In this document: positions 1-13,496 of the stretch, in pieces | Numbering within the stretch: position 1 is the first letter of the stretch | Layout: each line of letters starts with the position of its first letter | NCBI RefSeq assembly: GCF_009914755.1 | Contig: NC_060941.1 | Source of the DNA: the human T2T-CHM13v2.0 reference genome, Homo sapiens | DNA length: 64,000 nt | Strand: one strand, 5' to 3' | Program-made: the position numbers and the translations under genes | The notes under the pieces: model-generated | Seen by the model: only the letters and a program-made list of their open reading frames with translations | The model's database searches: none | Told to the model about the DNA's origin: nothing

Positions 1-784
1 CAACGCTGGGGCTGCCTGGATGAAGCAGAGGGCGAAGCTTGAGGAATGCTAATTGCTGGGCTTGGCTGCGAGAGGACTGGGGCTACCCTGGCTGTTTGAA
101 GTGCACGCGCCCAGGCGGTCCCCAGAGGCCCTGACCTCACTGGGCTGTGCCCCGGGAATGCCTCACATGTCTGCGCATCCAGCACCCGTCCCAGCCACTG
201 CCCGTGTGGACAGAGATCTTAGGGTGCCTGCTGCCATCCCTCAGGCAGGGGCACTGGCCCACAGGAGGACCGGCGATGGCAGGGCCTGGAGAATCACCAC
301 CCTGACCCTCAGACGAATGGGCCCAAGCCCAGCTCCATCATTGTGGGGCTCTAGCCAGTCATTTAACCTCTGGAACTGGGCACGATGCCCCATGCCACTT
401 GCAGTAAAGGTCCTCCACGGGGGTCGCTTTGCGCCCTCACTGACCTCACCCCTCCCTCGCCCTGTTGCCCCCACCCGCTCCAGCCACACTGGCCTCTGCG
501 CTTCCATGAACACACCAGGCATGGTCCTGCCTCAGGGCCTTTGCATTTGCTGTGGCCTCTGCCTGGAACCTTCTGCCTGGATATCCACGTGGCTCCCTCA
601 TGTCCCTCAAGCCTTTCCACTCTCTCCATCTTCACCCCCATCCCCGCAGGCCAGCCCCCTTCCTCTCTCTACCCCCATGGACTCGGAACGCCTGCTGGCT
701 GTGTGCTCCGTTGGTTCCCTTGCTCACTGGCCGCATCCCCAGGGCTGCCCACATGCCTCGTGGGTCTAGGTGAGAGAATCTATG

Positions 785-962
785 CCAGGGGTCAGCTCGT
801 TTTTTCTGCGAAAGGCCTGAGAGTAAATATTTTCAGCTTCACAGGCCACCCAGTCTCTGTCCTCACTCCTCAACTCTGCCCCTGGGGCCCGAAAGTGCCT
901 GCAGACAATACCATAAGGCATGACTGGGCCTGGCCTGTGGGTTCTGGGCTGCCACTCCCTGC
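785..962. mobile_element. MER58-like hAT DNA transposon fossil
   Basis: caggggtcagc...gtaaatattttcagcttcacaggcca...ctcaactctgcc resembles the MER58A consensus as recalled. Confidence 0.6.
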
Positions 963-1387
963 CCTATGGAAATCACCTACTTACTGTGCACCTACTGTGT
1001 GCCAGGCCCTGGGTGAGCCCCCCACACCCATAGATGCTTTCTAGACAGGGGGTAAGGAAACAGACCAAGGAAATCATAAGAAATGGTAAAAGTGTGACAA
1101 AAGAAGCAAACACGGTGAAGGGGGGACAGAAATGGGGAGACAGGAGCAGGGAGTGGGCTCACTGGAGACAGGGCAGTCTGGGGTGGAAATGCCAGCCTTG
1201 CAGCCACAGGGCAAGAGCTTGGCAAGTCCAGGAGTGGGAAGCTCATGGGGCTGGGGGTGTCTAGGGATATGGAGGGGCAGCAATGACCAAGAGCGGAGAG
1301 GCAGTGGGGACCACGCAGAGCCTCTGGGCAGGGCCTCTGCCGGGCGGGGGTGCACCTTATTCCTGGAATGGTAGAAATGCAGAACCT

Positions 1388-1628
1388 GACCGGGTGCAGT
1401 GGCTCACACCTGTAATCCCAGCAATTTGGGAGGCCGAGGCGGGTGGATCACCTGAGGTCAGGAGTTCGAGACCAGCCTGGCCAACATGGTTAAACCCTGT
1501 TTCTACTAAAAATACAAAAAATTAGCCAGGCGTGGTGACACACACCTGTAATCCCAGCTACTCGGAAGGCTGAGGCAGGAAAATCGCTTGAACCCAGGAG
1601 GCAGAGGTTTTTTAAAAAAAAAAAAAAA
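1388..1628 (+). mobile_element. AluS element lacking the 3' end of its right arm
   Basis: Alu consensus up to ...gaggtt, then T6 and the A-tail; flanking gaaatgcaga repeats at 1374 and 1632. Confidence 0.9.
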
Positions 1629-2988
1629 GAGGAAATGCAGAGCCCCAGATCTTCCTTGCACAAGCCAAATGCAGGAGGGACCAGTGAGGGGCTTGCAAGG
1701 GGATCGGGCCCAGGGTGGGGGCAGCAGAGGTTTTGGGGAGTGGGTGTGTGTTTTGGAGACGGAATCCATAGCAGTGGCCGGTGGGTCAGAGGCGGGGAGT
1801 GTGGCAAAGGGGAGCCCCGGAGGACGGTGATGGCCTCCATGGAAATGGGCAAGGCTCAGGGGCAGAGGACACCAAAAAGATTTGGGAGAAATCACAGTCA
1901 ACTCCTAGTGTCAGTGCAGAGCCCACCCAGCTTCTCTGCTGTCCCACGAAGGATGGGAGATATAAGTTCCATGTGGGAAGGTGGCCGAGAGCGGGCAGGG
2001 CAAGGGCCCAGGCCGGGCAGCCAGAGTACCAGGGCCGGTTCCCAGCCTCCTTCAGCCTCAGACACGCCCTGGAGTGAATGGTTTCCATCGGCTGGGAGAT
2101 GGAGTGAGGCTCCTTCATATACGTGGGGAGCTTGGGGGTCTAAGCTGTGCAGAGCCCGCCAGATCAGTCCCACGCTGCACCACAGGGCCCACACGTCCTC
2201 TCTCAGCCTTGCTCCCTCCCTGTGTACTGGGCTCCCGCCCTTGCAAGCCCCCAGTGGTGGCTACATGGTGCCAGGAGAGGAGTGGCTTGCTGCCAACAGT
2301 GTGTGCTCTCTGGGAGGTCCCCTGCCATGAGTTTCCTCCCCAGGACCTCACAGGCCCCAGGGTCAGCCAGCAGGAAGGGCACGTCCTTGGGGCCCACCTC
2401 TTAGGACGGTGGGACTTTGACAAAGTCATTTCACTTCTCCATGCCCAGGTGCCCCCCACTGTGGAGTGGAGTGGATTACCACACCCACCTGGTAGGATGC
2501 TATGAGCAGCACTGGGGGAGACCTGAAAGACATCAGGGCGCCGTGTGGCACACACGCACATTTGTCACCTGTCAAAAGTGGCAAGTCAGCAGGGAGTCCT
2601 GGAGGACAACCAGGGCCGTGAAGCACTGGCAGGGTTTCTGGGTACAAGATGAAGGGAGGAATCGTGGGGGTCCTGCATGGGGAGGAAGGAGCAGGGAAGT
2701 GGAAAGGACAGTTTGTGCAGGGTGAATGTGGGGCCACATCACAGGAGCAGGCAGGCACCTCTGGACAGCAGCCTGGATCAGGCTGCTGAGCTGGGGGTGG
2801 ACCAGTTGCTCCGGCCCCATGGGTGGCAGCCTGGAGTGAGGTCCTGGTTCAGCCTGTGCCCTGGGAGTGGCCCTTCCTCGGGGATGCTGTTCCCTGGTGC
2901 AGTCTTGTTGATTTTGTTCCCAGAGTTTTGCCTCCATGGGCAAGTTCCTCTGCAATTTGGGCCTTGACCTCCCCATCTGTGCCTTCTA

Positions 2989-3316
<328 letters not shown>

Positions 3317-5263
3317 TCACTGGGGAGGGAGGCACAGAGGAGAGCTGGCTATCTCAGACAGTCCCACGGAGCATCCCGTGCCAGGGTGAGGGGGTAGAGG
3401 GGCTGCAGGGTGCCGGCAGGGTGGAGGGGCTGGGTGGCTGGCTTTGTGTGCTCCACACCCACTTCCCCATGGCACAGATCAGGGGCACTGAGGTTCAGGG
3501 GATGAAGTGGCCTGCTCAAAGCCATGTGGCTGGGACATGGCAGACCAGGGGCACAGAGCCAGGGCTGTGTGGCTCTTGGCATCTGTCAGGCTGAAGCTGC
3601 CCCGGCCCACAGAGGAGTGCTCGGGCTGCAGGAAGGGTCGGATAGGGCTAAGTGATGTCTGAATTCCTCACCCGGGGGCTGCTCGGGAGTTGCAGGCAAC
3701 CGCACACCTACTGGGCCTCTAGCAACAGCAGCAAACGTTCACTGGATGCCATGTAGTGTCCAGTCTATAGGGGAGACAGCAGTGAAAGGCCCACCCCACA
3801 CCCTTGCTCCTGCCGTTCCTGCACCTGCGGGACTTCTATTCAGTCTTTGGGGCCTGCCACCGTGGAAGGAAGGGCAGGAAGGAGGGAGGCAGGAGGGAGG
3901 GCGAATGAACAATGTACTCGAGGAGCAGAGGGGCTGGCACGGCTGTGTTTTGAAACATGAGAAGCAGAGGCTGGGATGTTCCAGGGCAGAGGGAATCTGG
4001 TGAGCCGGTGAGCAAAGACTCAGAGGCAGCTAAGTGCTGGGCATGGGATGAAGGGCCATGTGTCTGGCGTGGCCAGAGCCAAAGACCGGGCACACAGACC
4101 CAGGTTCTGTCCAGAGACAGCCAGGGTCCAGCAGGAGTCTGGAGCAGTGACTGTAGGACAGAAGCTTGCAGGCTGCCTGTGGTGGGCCTTCTAGAAGCCT
4201 CCTGCTCCCTCTCGGCCTTCCCTCTCCTGGTAACTCCAATCTCTGATACCTACCAGGGGCTGACTTTGGGGAAGTCCTTTCCCTTCCTGGGGCCTCAGTT
4301 TATCCTCTAGTCTGATGGGGCAGGACTTGAAGAGTCCATCCTGCTCTGATATTCAGCACCTCTGCGCTTCTCTACTTGGGCTGGAGGCAGATCCCGCCCC
4401 CACCCCCTACCACACCTTCCCCTGAACTACCTGCCCTTCCTATACACACACACACACAGCCAAAGATAAGGACCAGAGCCGGGGTTCTCCTGAAAGCCCC
4501 TGGCTAGTTTCCAAACTGGCTGGTCTCTCTAAGACAGGTTGAGAGAGGCGCCTGGAGGGAGAGGTACAGGAAGCACAGGCTTTGGAGCCAGATCCCATCC
4601 TGCCTGGGCCCTGTGTCAGACCCCAGGAGGCAGGGATCCCTGCCTGGGGGAGCTCAAAGGGGCCTGGGGCCTGCACTTCCTAGGCCTCGTGCAGATGTGT
4701 CCCCACACTAGGAAGCACAGGGCCCCAGCCTTCTCAGGAAGCTCCTGGCCCCTGAGGCTGTGTGTTGGGTCATCTCGCATCTCCTGAGTCAAAGCAGAAT
4801 GGTAGGTTTAGGAACTCAGGGGTGGGGCAAGGTGAAGCCTGTTACTAGCCCATGTCCCAGAGAACAGGGTCCTGCCCTTCCTCTCACTGGGCCCCTACTG
4901 CCAGGTGGAGGGTGGGATTCTGGTCTTTGAGGCCCATGCCAGGCAGAGGTTGGCCTCCAGGCTAGCGCTCCTGCCTTTAGGAGGAGCAGCCACAGGTTCT
5001 GGGAGGGCAGGGGCTGTGTCCAGTCAGTGTGGAGACCAGCTTCAGCCTGAGACCCAGCCTCTGAGCCACTATTGGCTTCAGTTCCAAACCCACTGGGGGG
5101 TGGGGGCAGGAAGCAAGGCTGCCCCTCTGTTTCCTGGTCCGCCCAGCACACACTTTTCCTGAGGCCTACTGGTCTTCACAGACTCCTCACAAACTCATCA
5201 AGGTGCCCCTGGGAACCAAGGGGACAGGGCTCTGCCTTTTATCCCCTCGGGAAGGGGCCAGAT

Positions 5264-5314
5264 TCAATAACAACACTGCTTTTGGGAAAGGCATTGGCCA
5301 CTTTGGACTTTATT
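5264..5314 (-). terminator. FAM83G: Probable FAM83G polyadenylation site
   Basis: First canonical minus-strand AATAAA I could find after the stop codon (plus tttatt 5309-5314), followed by a GU-rich downstream element (minus GTGTTGTTATT, about 5276-5266). Confidence 0.75.
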
Positions 5315-5542
5315 AGCAACAGTAATGTCCCCTGACATCCGCACAAGCTTGTAGCTCCACGGCCAGGTCTTCCCCCAACCTCACAATGGCCCCGTGATGC
5401 CGGCAGGCAGGCGAGTGGGGGTCTCCCCTCCTTATCCACAGGCCACCGAGGCCCAGAGAGGGCCTTGCCCGAGGTCACCCAGGGAGTGGCTTGCTGGAGC
5501 CCTGGGAATAACAGCCCCACACAAGGCTCTCTCCCTCCGCAG

Positions 5543-5648
5543 CTGGACCTGTACGCGGGGGCTCTGTTTGTGCACATCTGCCTGGGCTGGAACTTCTACC
5601 TCTCCACCATCCTCACGCTCGGCATCACAGCCCTGTACACCATCGCAG
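5543..5648 (+). CDS. SLC5A10: SLC5A10 (SGLT5, Na+/sugar cotransporter) coding exon, probably exon 6
   Basis: ccgcag|CTG acceptor and CAG|gtatgg donor; 106 nt; [35 protein letters not shown](G), a typical SSS/SGLT transmembrane segment. Confidence 0.95.
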
Positions 5649-5832
5649 GTATGGTGCCTGCAGCAGGGAGGTCCACCCAGGGGACGTGTAAAGGGGTCAG
5701 AAGGCCACCTCCCCCTACAGGCCCGAGGGAGCAGCCCAGGAAGTGGCCCCAGCAGGAGCCCCAGAAGTTCCTCCCCGTGTCCCTCCTCCCTGGGGCCAGG
5801 GCCCCCTCCAGCAACCTTGCTTCCACTGGCAG

Positions 5833-5913
5833 GGGGCCTGGCTGCTGTAATCTACACGGACGCCCTGCAGACGCTCATCATGGTGGTGGGGGCTGTCATC
5901 CTGACAATCAAAG
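5833..5913 (+). CDS. SLC5A10: SLC5A10 coding exon 7
   Basis: ggcag|GG acceptor, AAAG|gtgagg donor; 81 nt, phase 1-1; [27 protein letters not shown] (SSS signature GGLxAVxxTD). Confidence 0.95.
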
Positions 5914-7503
5914 GTGAGGACAGAGTCTGTGGCCATGGCGGGGCTGTCCCCACAGCGAGCCCTTTGGAGTCTGGCACTGCCCGGCACTGTGCAGGATTCA
6001 TGCCGTTGGGGTTCTGGGTAGCATCGCTGGGAGTGGGTGGGTTCAGGAGGTTGAGCCACTAGGCAGTCAGCCCCCCTGCTGGCCCCTCAGGGACTGCCCT
6101 GGCTGGTAGAGGCTACCCACCCTGCTGCCCCGCTGTTACCAGCTCTGGCCCTGGCAAGGAGCTGACTCAGGAACTCAGGGCCAGCCACACCCGCATTGGC
6201 TCAGCGCTTGATGGTGAGGTGGGGCTGTAGGCGGGTGTGAAGGCACACAACCAGGAGGCCATAAAACTGCCTGGGCAGCTCCTCCAATTGTTTAAAAGCA
6301 TGTACAAAATGCCAAGAGGTGATGCTACCTCCTGCAGGACAAAGGCCAGGGAGGAAAGAAGAGAGCTGGGAGAGATTGGCGATACTAGTCTGGAACAGAT
6401 AGGAAACTCACAGGGCTGCCCGGAGAGAGCGTGAGCTCACCGTCCCTGGAAGTATGTAAGCAGAGCCAGGAGGATCCCTCAGAGAGTGAACAAATCTCTA
6501 AAGACTCTTCCAGACTCAGACACTGGGACCCTGTGGCTGAGCAGTTTCTAACCCTTGAATGGCACTTGTTCATTTGCTCTGAGCCTCACACAAACCCTCG
6601 GTCTGAATACAGAGCCTGACCTGAGCTCCATGGGAACAGTGATGCTGGGGAGACCAGCATCCAGGCAGCAGGCTGCCTCTTCCATGTCCCACTTGGAAAA
6701 GGCTAGGGAGTAGGGCCTGGGGTGGAAACGGGTTTTCCTACATCCAGGCTTCTCCCTCTCAGACCAGGGGCTCTAGTGTCCCTGGGACCCACCGCATGAG
6801 AGGGATCCCAGCAGCCAGGCCCAGTCTGGAAGGGAGGGGAGTGACACAGACACAGATGGGCCAGGGCTTGGCCATGCCGGGCCCTGACCCCGAGGTAGAC
6901 AGGAACAGTGAGGTGTTTTGGACTGGAGAGGAAAAAGCCCCGGCTTGAGCCCGCCAGATGGTCTATATGGTCTTGGTGGAGGCCCCATCCCTCTCTGGAC
7001 CTGTCTCCCTCTTCTCTGTGCCTCAGGGGGTGGGGCCACATCACCACCAGCCACTCTCAGCTCTGCTAAAATCACACCCTTCAGGTGATCAGGATGAACA
7101 CTTTAGAAGCCTCAGGAAGGTCCTCAAATGTCAAGAAAAATTACTTTTGCTTCCTTGAATCGACAATCGGAAACCTGGCTGAGAACCACTTGCCCAAGGC
7201 CGATGAGTGTCCAGAGGCCAACAGTGACTCCTGCTGGGCCAGCGGGACACTGGGGTGCCCATGTGCAAAATGCTTACTTAATAGTATTATTTTAAATACG
7301 AATAAAATAGTCATTCAAATACACCTTAAAAAAAAAAACAACCCTCTACCCTCACACCTTTCCAAACACTGGGAAAGATGAGGTGGAAAAAACTCAAGTT
7401 TGATGCATCAGGAAGTTTCTTGTGAGATGAAGGCAGGGGGGAGCCCAGGGAGTCAGGGCCCCGCAACCACCAAACTGTCCCTGTTCCACCCTGACCCCTC
7501 CAG

Positions 7504-7709
7504 CTTTTGACCAGATCGGTGGTTACGGGCAGCTGGAGGCAGCCTACGCCCAGGCCATTCCCTCCAGGACCATTGCCAACACCACCTGCCACCTGCCACG
7601 TACAGACGCCATGCACATGTTTCGAGACCCCCACACAGGGGACCTGCCGTGGACCGGGATGACCTTTGGCCTGACCATCATGGCCACCTGGTACTGGTGC
7701 ACCGACCAG
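7504..7709 (+). CDS. SLC5A10: SLC5A10 coding exon 8
   Basis: ctccag|CT acceptor, CAG|gtgagt donor; 206 nt; AFDQIGGY...[32 protein letters not shown]. Confidence 0.95.
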
Positions 7710-7849
7710 GTGAGTGCCAACGTCTCCCGCCCATCCCACCTTCCTGCCGTCCCAGTGGGCTCTGGTAGGCCCAGGCGGCCTGTCTGCCCTCCGCGTCATG
7801 AGTCTGGGCTGGGGCCTCAGAAGGTGTGGCTCCAGGCTGGGACATGCTG

Positions 7850-8242
7850 CTAGGGGTCTTTGCGGTGGTCCCGGGGGGCTTGAGCCCTCCGTTTAGAATC
7901 GGATGAGGCCCACTGGCTACCGCCCGTCCTGGCCTTTAGGTGCTTCGACTGAGACAGTTTGGAGTATGGGATTCCGAAGGGACTCGGATGCTCCTCGGTG
8001 GCCCTGCCATCGGTCATGGGGCGGGCATTTTGGGCCAGTCTTGGGCTGCCGGGATCCGGAAGCAGGCGGGGTACCTGACCTCCCTTGGCCTGCCAGTGGT
8101 GGGGGCCAGCCATGGCTGGGCCAGCGTTTCTGGTAGAGCTCTGGACGCTGTCAGCAGCAGAGCGGTACCTAGGGGGTCCTGGGAAGCCGTCTTTATCCCT
8201 AGTCCCTGAGGCAGGGACCCTGTGATGATGAAACTGCTGGCC
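7850..8242 (-). CDS. FAM83G: FAM83G last coding exon, ending in TAG
   Basis: Long (ct)n polypyrimidine tract then cccag|GGC; GQQFHHHR...[17 protein letters not shown]...RDHRKDP*; phase 0 matches exon 5. Confidence 0.92.
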   Translation of the reverse strand, partial: GQQFHHHRVPASGTRDKDGFPGPPRYRSAADSVQSSTRNAGPAMAGPHHWQAKGGQVPRLLPDPGSPRLAQNARPMTDGRATEEHPSPFGIPYSKLSQSKHLKARTGGSQWASSDSKRRAQAPRDHRKDP

Positions 8243-9074
8243 CTGGGAGAGAGAGAGCAGAGAGTGAGGCTGAGCAAGAAGGGCCAACCCCGCCCCAGCA
8301 CAGGACCCTGCTCAGGCACACAGGAGCCGGCAGGCCCGGGTTCGCCTCCTGGCTCTGCCATTCACCAGGGAGTGGGCCTAGACCAGTTGGTTTAGTCACT
8401 CGATGCCTCAGTTCCCCTGTCTGTAATATGGGAATAATCCTGCCCTTTGTGGGTGTAGCAAGGCAGCTTCCTCCCAGCTCACCCCCGCAGCCTCCTCTGT
8501 TCCGACACAGGCCTGGGACGTGGTTGGAAATGGGCTGAATGGGGTTGTTGGAGGCAATGCAGGAGTTTCTGTTGAGTGCAGGGGGTGACTCTGGCCCTGC
8601 CCTCAAGACCCTGTCACCAGCCCTCCAGGTGACCTCAGATGAGCTGCTTCCTGTCTCTGGGCAGAAGCAGATGGTGCCCTTGCTTTGCTTGTCCCAAAGG
8701 CCGTGGGCAGCTCCAGGGAGCATGGGGGTGGGAAAAGGCCTGTGAAGCAGTGGGCACAGGCCCCACAATTGTCCATGCCTCTGGACCCAGCCCCAGGGGT
8801 CCACCATAGGACAAGGCAGCCACAGCCAGCCTCTGTGGAATGAACGATCACAGCGCTCACACAAGCCTTTCCCACGTGGCCTACCCTGGGAGTAGGCCCG
8901 ACCAGCTCCATTCATAGGCCAGAGCACTGAGGCCAGAGACAGAGCTGGATCTGAACCCAGAGTGGAGTGACTTTTCCGTGGTTCCCGACTCTGCTCTTCC
9001 TCTCCCAAGCAGCACGGGCTCCATCAGTATCTGCCCAGAGACCCTCCCTGGGTTCCAACAGTAAGAACGGACCT

Positions 9075-9376
9075 GGCCGGGGGCGGTGGCTCAAGCCTGT
9101 AATCCCAGCACTTTGGGAGGCTGACATGGGCGGATCACGAGGTCAGGAGATCGAGACCATCCTGGCTAACACAGTGAAACCCCGTCTCTACTAAAAATAC
9201 AAAAAATTAGCTGGGCACGGTGGCAGGCGCCTGTAGTCCCAGCTACTCGGGAGGCTGAGGCAGGAGAATGGCGTGAGCCCAGGAGGTGGAGTTGACAGTG
9301 AGCAGTGAGCCGAGATTGTGCCACTGCACTCCAGCCTGGGGGACAGAGCGAGACTCCGTCTAAAAAAAAAAAAAAA
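9075..9376 (+). mobile_element. AluY-like
   Basis: gagatcgagaccatcctggctaac diagnostic; degenerate TSD aagaac(g/a)gacc. Confidence 0.9.
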
Positions 9377-10064
9377 GAACAGACCCCAACTAGGAGCTAT
9401 CAGAAGCTCTGGAAGGCTGGGCCTCAGTTTCCCCATCTGTAACACGTGGTCCTCAAGCAGGGCCCCTCATGCTCCGGCATGCTGTGCTCACAAGCTGCCC
9501 ACATCCGCCATGCCTCATGGGAGGGCTTTCCAGGGAACATGTGGGCTCACAGCAGGCGTCTGCCCAGTTCTCCTGGGAGGGCTGAGGGCCAGCCCCAGTG
9601 GGCAAGGGGCTGGTGAAAGGTTGGCCGTGGAGGGCACAGTAGGCAAGTGGTACCCTGCCAGGCTGAGCCCCTTTACACCCGCCACCTCCCACCTCCTCCC
9701 AATGCAGCATGGGCTTGGCATGGCACGGTCTTCTCTGGGTGGAACATCAGTCAGGAGATTTTCCCATCAAGGCCAAACGAATCTGCACATGTCCTGGCCT
9801 TGGGGTCAGGGTTGGGCAGGCCCCACTGCACAGATAAGGAGCCCGAGGCCCAGAGAGGATCACACAGGGAGGTGGAGGAGGAACACTGCTGACCCCAGGT
9901 GGTTCAGGACACCAACCAGCATTGGAGCTGTAGCCTGGCCTCTGCCCTACCTCCCCATCCTCTACCCCTTGGGCTGGGTCTGCCTGGTGGATGCGGGGCC
10001 TCGGTCCAGAAACCCAGGCACTAGTCCTACTTGAGGTTCCTGGTCTCTGTGTGGCTCTCACTGA

Positions 10065-10802
<738 letters not shown>

Positions 10803-11901
10803 ACCGTTCACTATCTTCTGGCTCATCCATGACAAGTAGGTGGCATTTTTCTAACCAGAAACAAAACCAGTAACAAAGAGGCAAAGGGTCCAGTGGACAG
10901 AGCCCTGGTCTGGGCTCCCGTCTGGGCTATGCCCCTGCCCCTCCCTGGGCCTTGGTGTCCCTGTCTGTGAAACAGGGCAGTGCACAGACCAGAAGGCCTC
11001 CCAGGGTCCTGCCAGCTCTGTCACCTGCTGATGCCGCAGCTCCAGGCCGGGTGCCCTCCCTTAGTCAGTAGCAGCCACCTCAGTCATAACAGCAACCACA
11101 GCTTTCGTGGGCAGCGTGCTGACTCCAATGGCCACACCCCAAAACTCACTCATCATCTTCCCTGAGAAAGAGAACTCACATTCACCGGAGGCCCTTGAGG
11201 AGCCAGGGACAGGCTTGGCCGGCTACACTAGCAGCCTCACTTAAGTCGTTGCAACAACTCTCCTCATTTTGCAGATGAGGAGCCCAAGGTGAAATGGCCA
11301 CTCAGGGAGTGAGTGCCGGCTTCCTCAGGGAAGAGCGCCTGGCTGGGACTAGACACCAGTGCTGGGAGGTGGGGGTGAGCAGTGGCCTGCTGACATCTGA
11401 GTTGGGGGCCCAGCCTTGCTATCTGACAGTCAGGGGTGGGGAAAGCCCCTGCCCTATTCAGGGGGACTGGCAGGCCTCACAGCTCATGGAAACTCTGAGC
11501 CTCAGCTTCTCTACTTGGGGTGACAGCACCTGTCCCAGGGCCAGCTGACATGAGCACAGATTGGAATATAGAGGCAAATATCCCACCAATGGCAAAAAGA
11601 CATTCAGGGTCTTAGGGAAATGCTTCTCTCCCAAGCACCTAGACAGAACCACCGTCTAACTCTCTCATTGTCCAGATGGGGCAACTGAGGCCCAAACTGA
11701 GGCAAGGGCTTCTCCCAAGTCACAGCAAGCTGGCAGAGAAGCAGGAAGGACAGCAGCTTGCCCTGCGTTCGGAGGCTGCAGCCCGCAGGCATTCCTAGCC
11801 TCTGTAATTAATGTTTCCGTGACATCCACAGCTTAGGGATAAATGCTGGGAGCCGTCCGTTAAACTAGCAAGCTTGGAAAGTAAGTTAAAATCACGGAGG
11901 C

Positions 11902-12203
<302 letters not shown>

Positions 12204-12289
12204 TCATAGAGGCTTCCTGCTCCTGAGTTGCAGCTGGTGACTTAAACTGTGGAACCGCAAAGGAAAACTAGTTACGTTTCAGAGTCATA

Positions 12290-12388
12290 GGTCGTACAAC
12301 TTTGTGAACGTACTAAAAACCATGGGAACAGTGTACACTTTGGGTGAATTATATGGTCTGTGAATATCTCAATAAAGCTGTTTAAAAA
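12290..12388 (+). mobile_element. Old L1 3'-end fragment
   Basis: caactttgtgaa...tgtacacttt...gaattatatgg...tatctcaataaagctg, typical L1M terminal motif. Confidence 0.65.
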
Positions 12389-12400
12389 GTAACTCTTTTG

Positions 12401-12703
12401 GGCTGGGCACGGTGGCTCACGCTTGTAATCCCAGCACTTTGGGAGGTCGAGGCGGGCGATCACGAGGTCAGGAGATCAAGACCATCCTGGCTAACAAGGT
12501 GAAACCTCGTCTCTATTTTAAAAATACAAAAAATTAGCCGGGCGTGGTGGCGGGCGCCTGTTGTCCCAGCTACTTGGGAGGCTGAGGCAGGAGAATGGCG
12601 TGAACCCGGAGGCGGAGCTTGCAGTGAGCCGAGATCGCACCACTGCACTCCAGCCTGGGCGACAGAGCGAGACTCCGACTCAAAAAAAAAAAAAAAAAAA
12701 AAA
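12401..12703 (+). mobile_element. AluY-like with perfect 17-bp TSD
   Basis: aaaaagtaactcttttg at 12384-12400 and 12699-12715. Confidence 0.92.
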
Positions 12704-13360
12704 GTAACTCTTTTGAAGTAGAATCGTAATATCAGTGCTGGGAGAGATCTCAGACATTATGGGTCCAAATTACCGCTCCCTCCTCCCATTCTGCAAATCT
12801 GGAAAGGCCTGGTTAGGATTTGCTGAAGGCTCCCAGAAGGGCCGGTGTCCTCAGATAGCTTCTAGCCTCCCTCTGCTACTGAACTGCAAGCTTTCAAAAC
12901 CCCAGGTCTTAAAGCACCTGAACTCTGCCAGCCATGCAAACACAGTTGGCGCCAATGTCTGCTCCTGGCACTATAAATGTGCCAGCTGCTGTCATGAGGG
13001 TCCAGGAGATGAGGGTAGGGGTGTATGTCCCCATACCACCCCACCCAGGGTCTCCTCCAGCCCTGACAATTGCCAGGGGTGGTGGGCTGGGCAGGATCCA
13101 CACCTCCCCTATTGACAGGTCAGGGGACTGAGTCCCTGGGAATGAGTGTACCTCGGCTCTCGCTGCTTGGCCTGCTGAAGTGAGCTCTCCTGGTGGGACT
13201 CTGACAGTATTGGGGCTTTGAGTGTGGCTGTTTTGGGCAGGTCAGAGGCTAATGGGACATCATCGTGCCTCATGCCCATTCCCTGAGGCCCACCAAGGAC
13301 CAATCCTGACACAAGTGTCCCTCAGGCTTGGACTCACCCCGTCTCGCACTCCACCCCCAG

Positions 13361-13496
13361 GTCATCGTGCAGCGATCACTGTCAGCCCGGGACCTGAACC
13401 ATGCCAAGGCGGGCTCCATCCTGGCCAGCTACCTCAAGATGCTCCCCATGGGCCTGATCATCATGCCGGGCATGATCAGCCGCGCATTGTTCCCAG
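13361..13496 (+). CDS. SLC5A10: SLC5A10 coding exon 9
   Basis: ccccag|GTC acceptor, CCAG|gtagga donor; 136 nt; [45 protein letters not shown]. Confidence 0.95.

Noticed and set aside
7301-7338. Plus-strand AATAAA followed by an A-run in SLC5A10 intron 7
   Set aside because: Better explained as the U-rich part of the FAM83G 3'UTR. The genomic A-run would cause internal oligo-dT priming, and there is no GU-rich downstream element.
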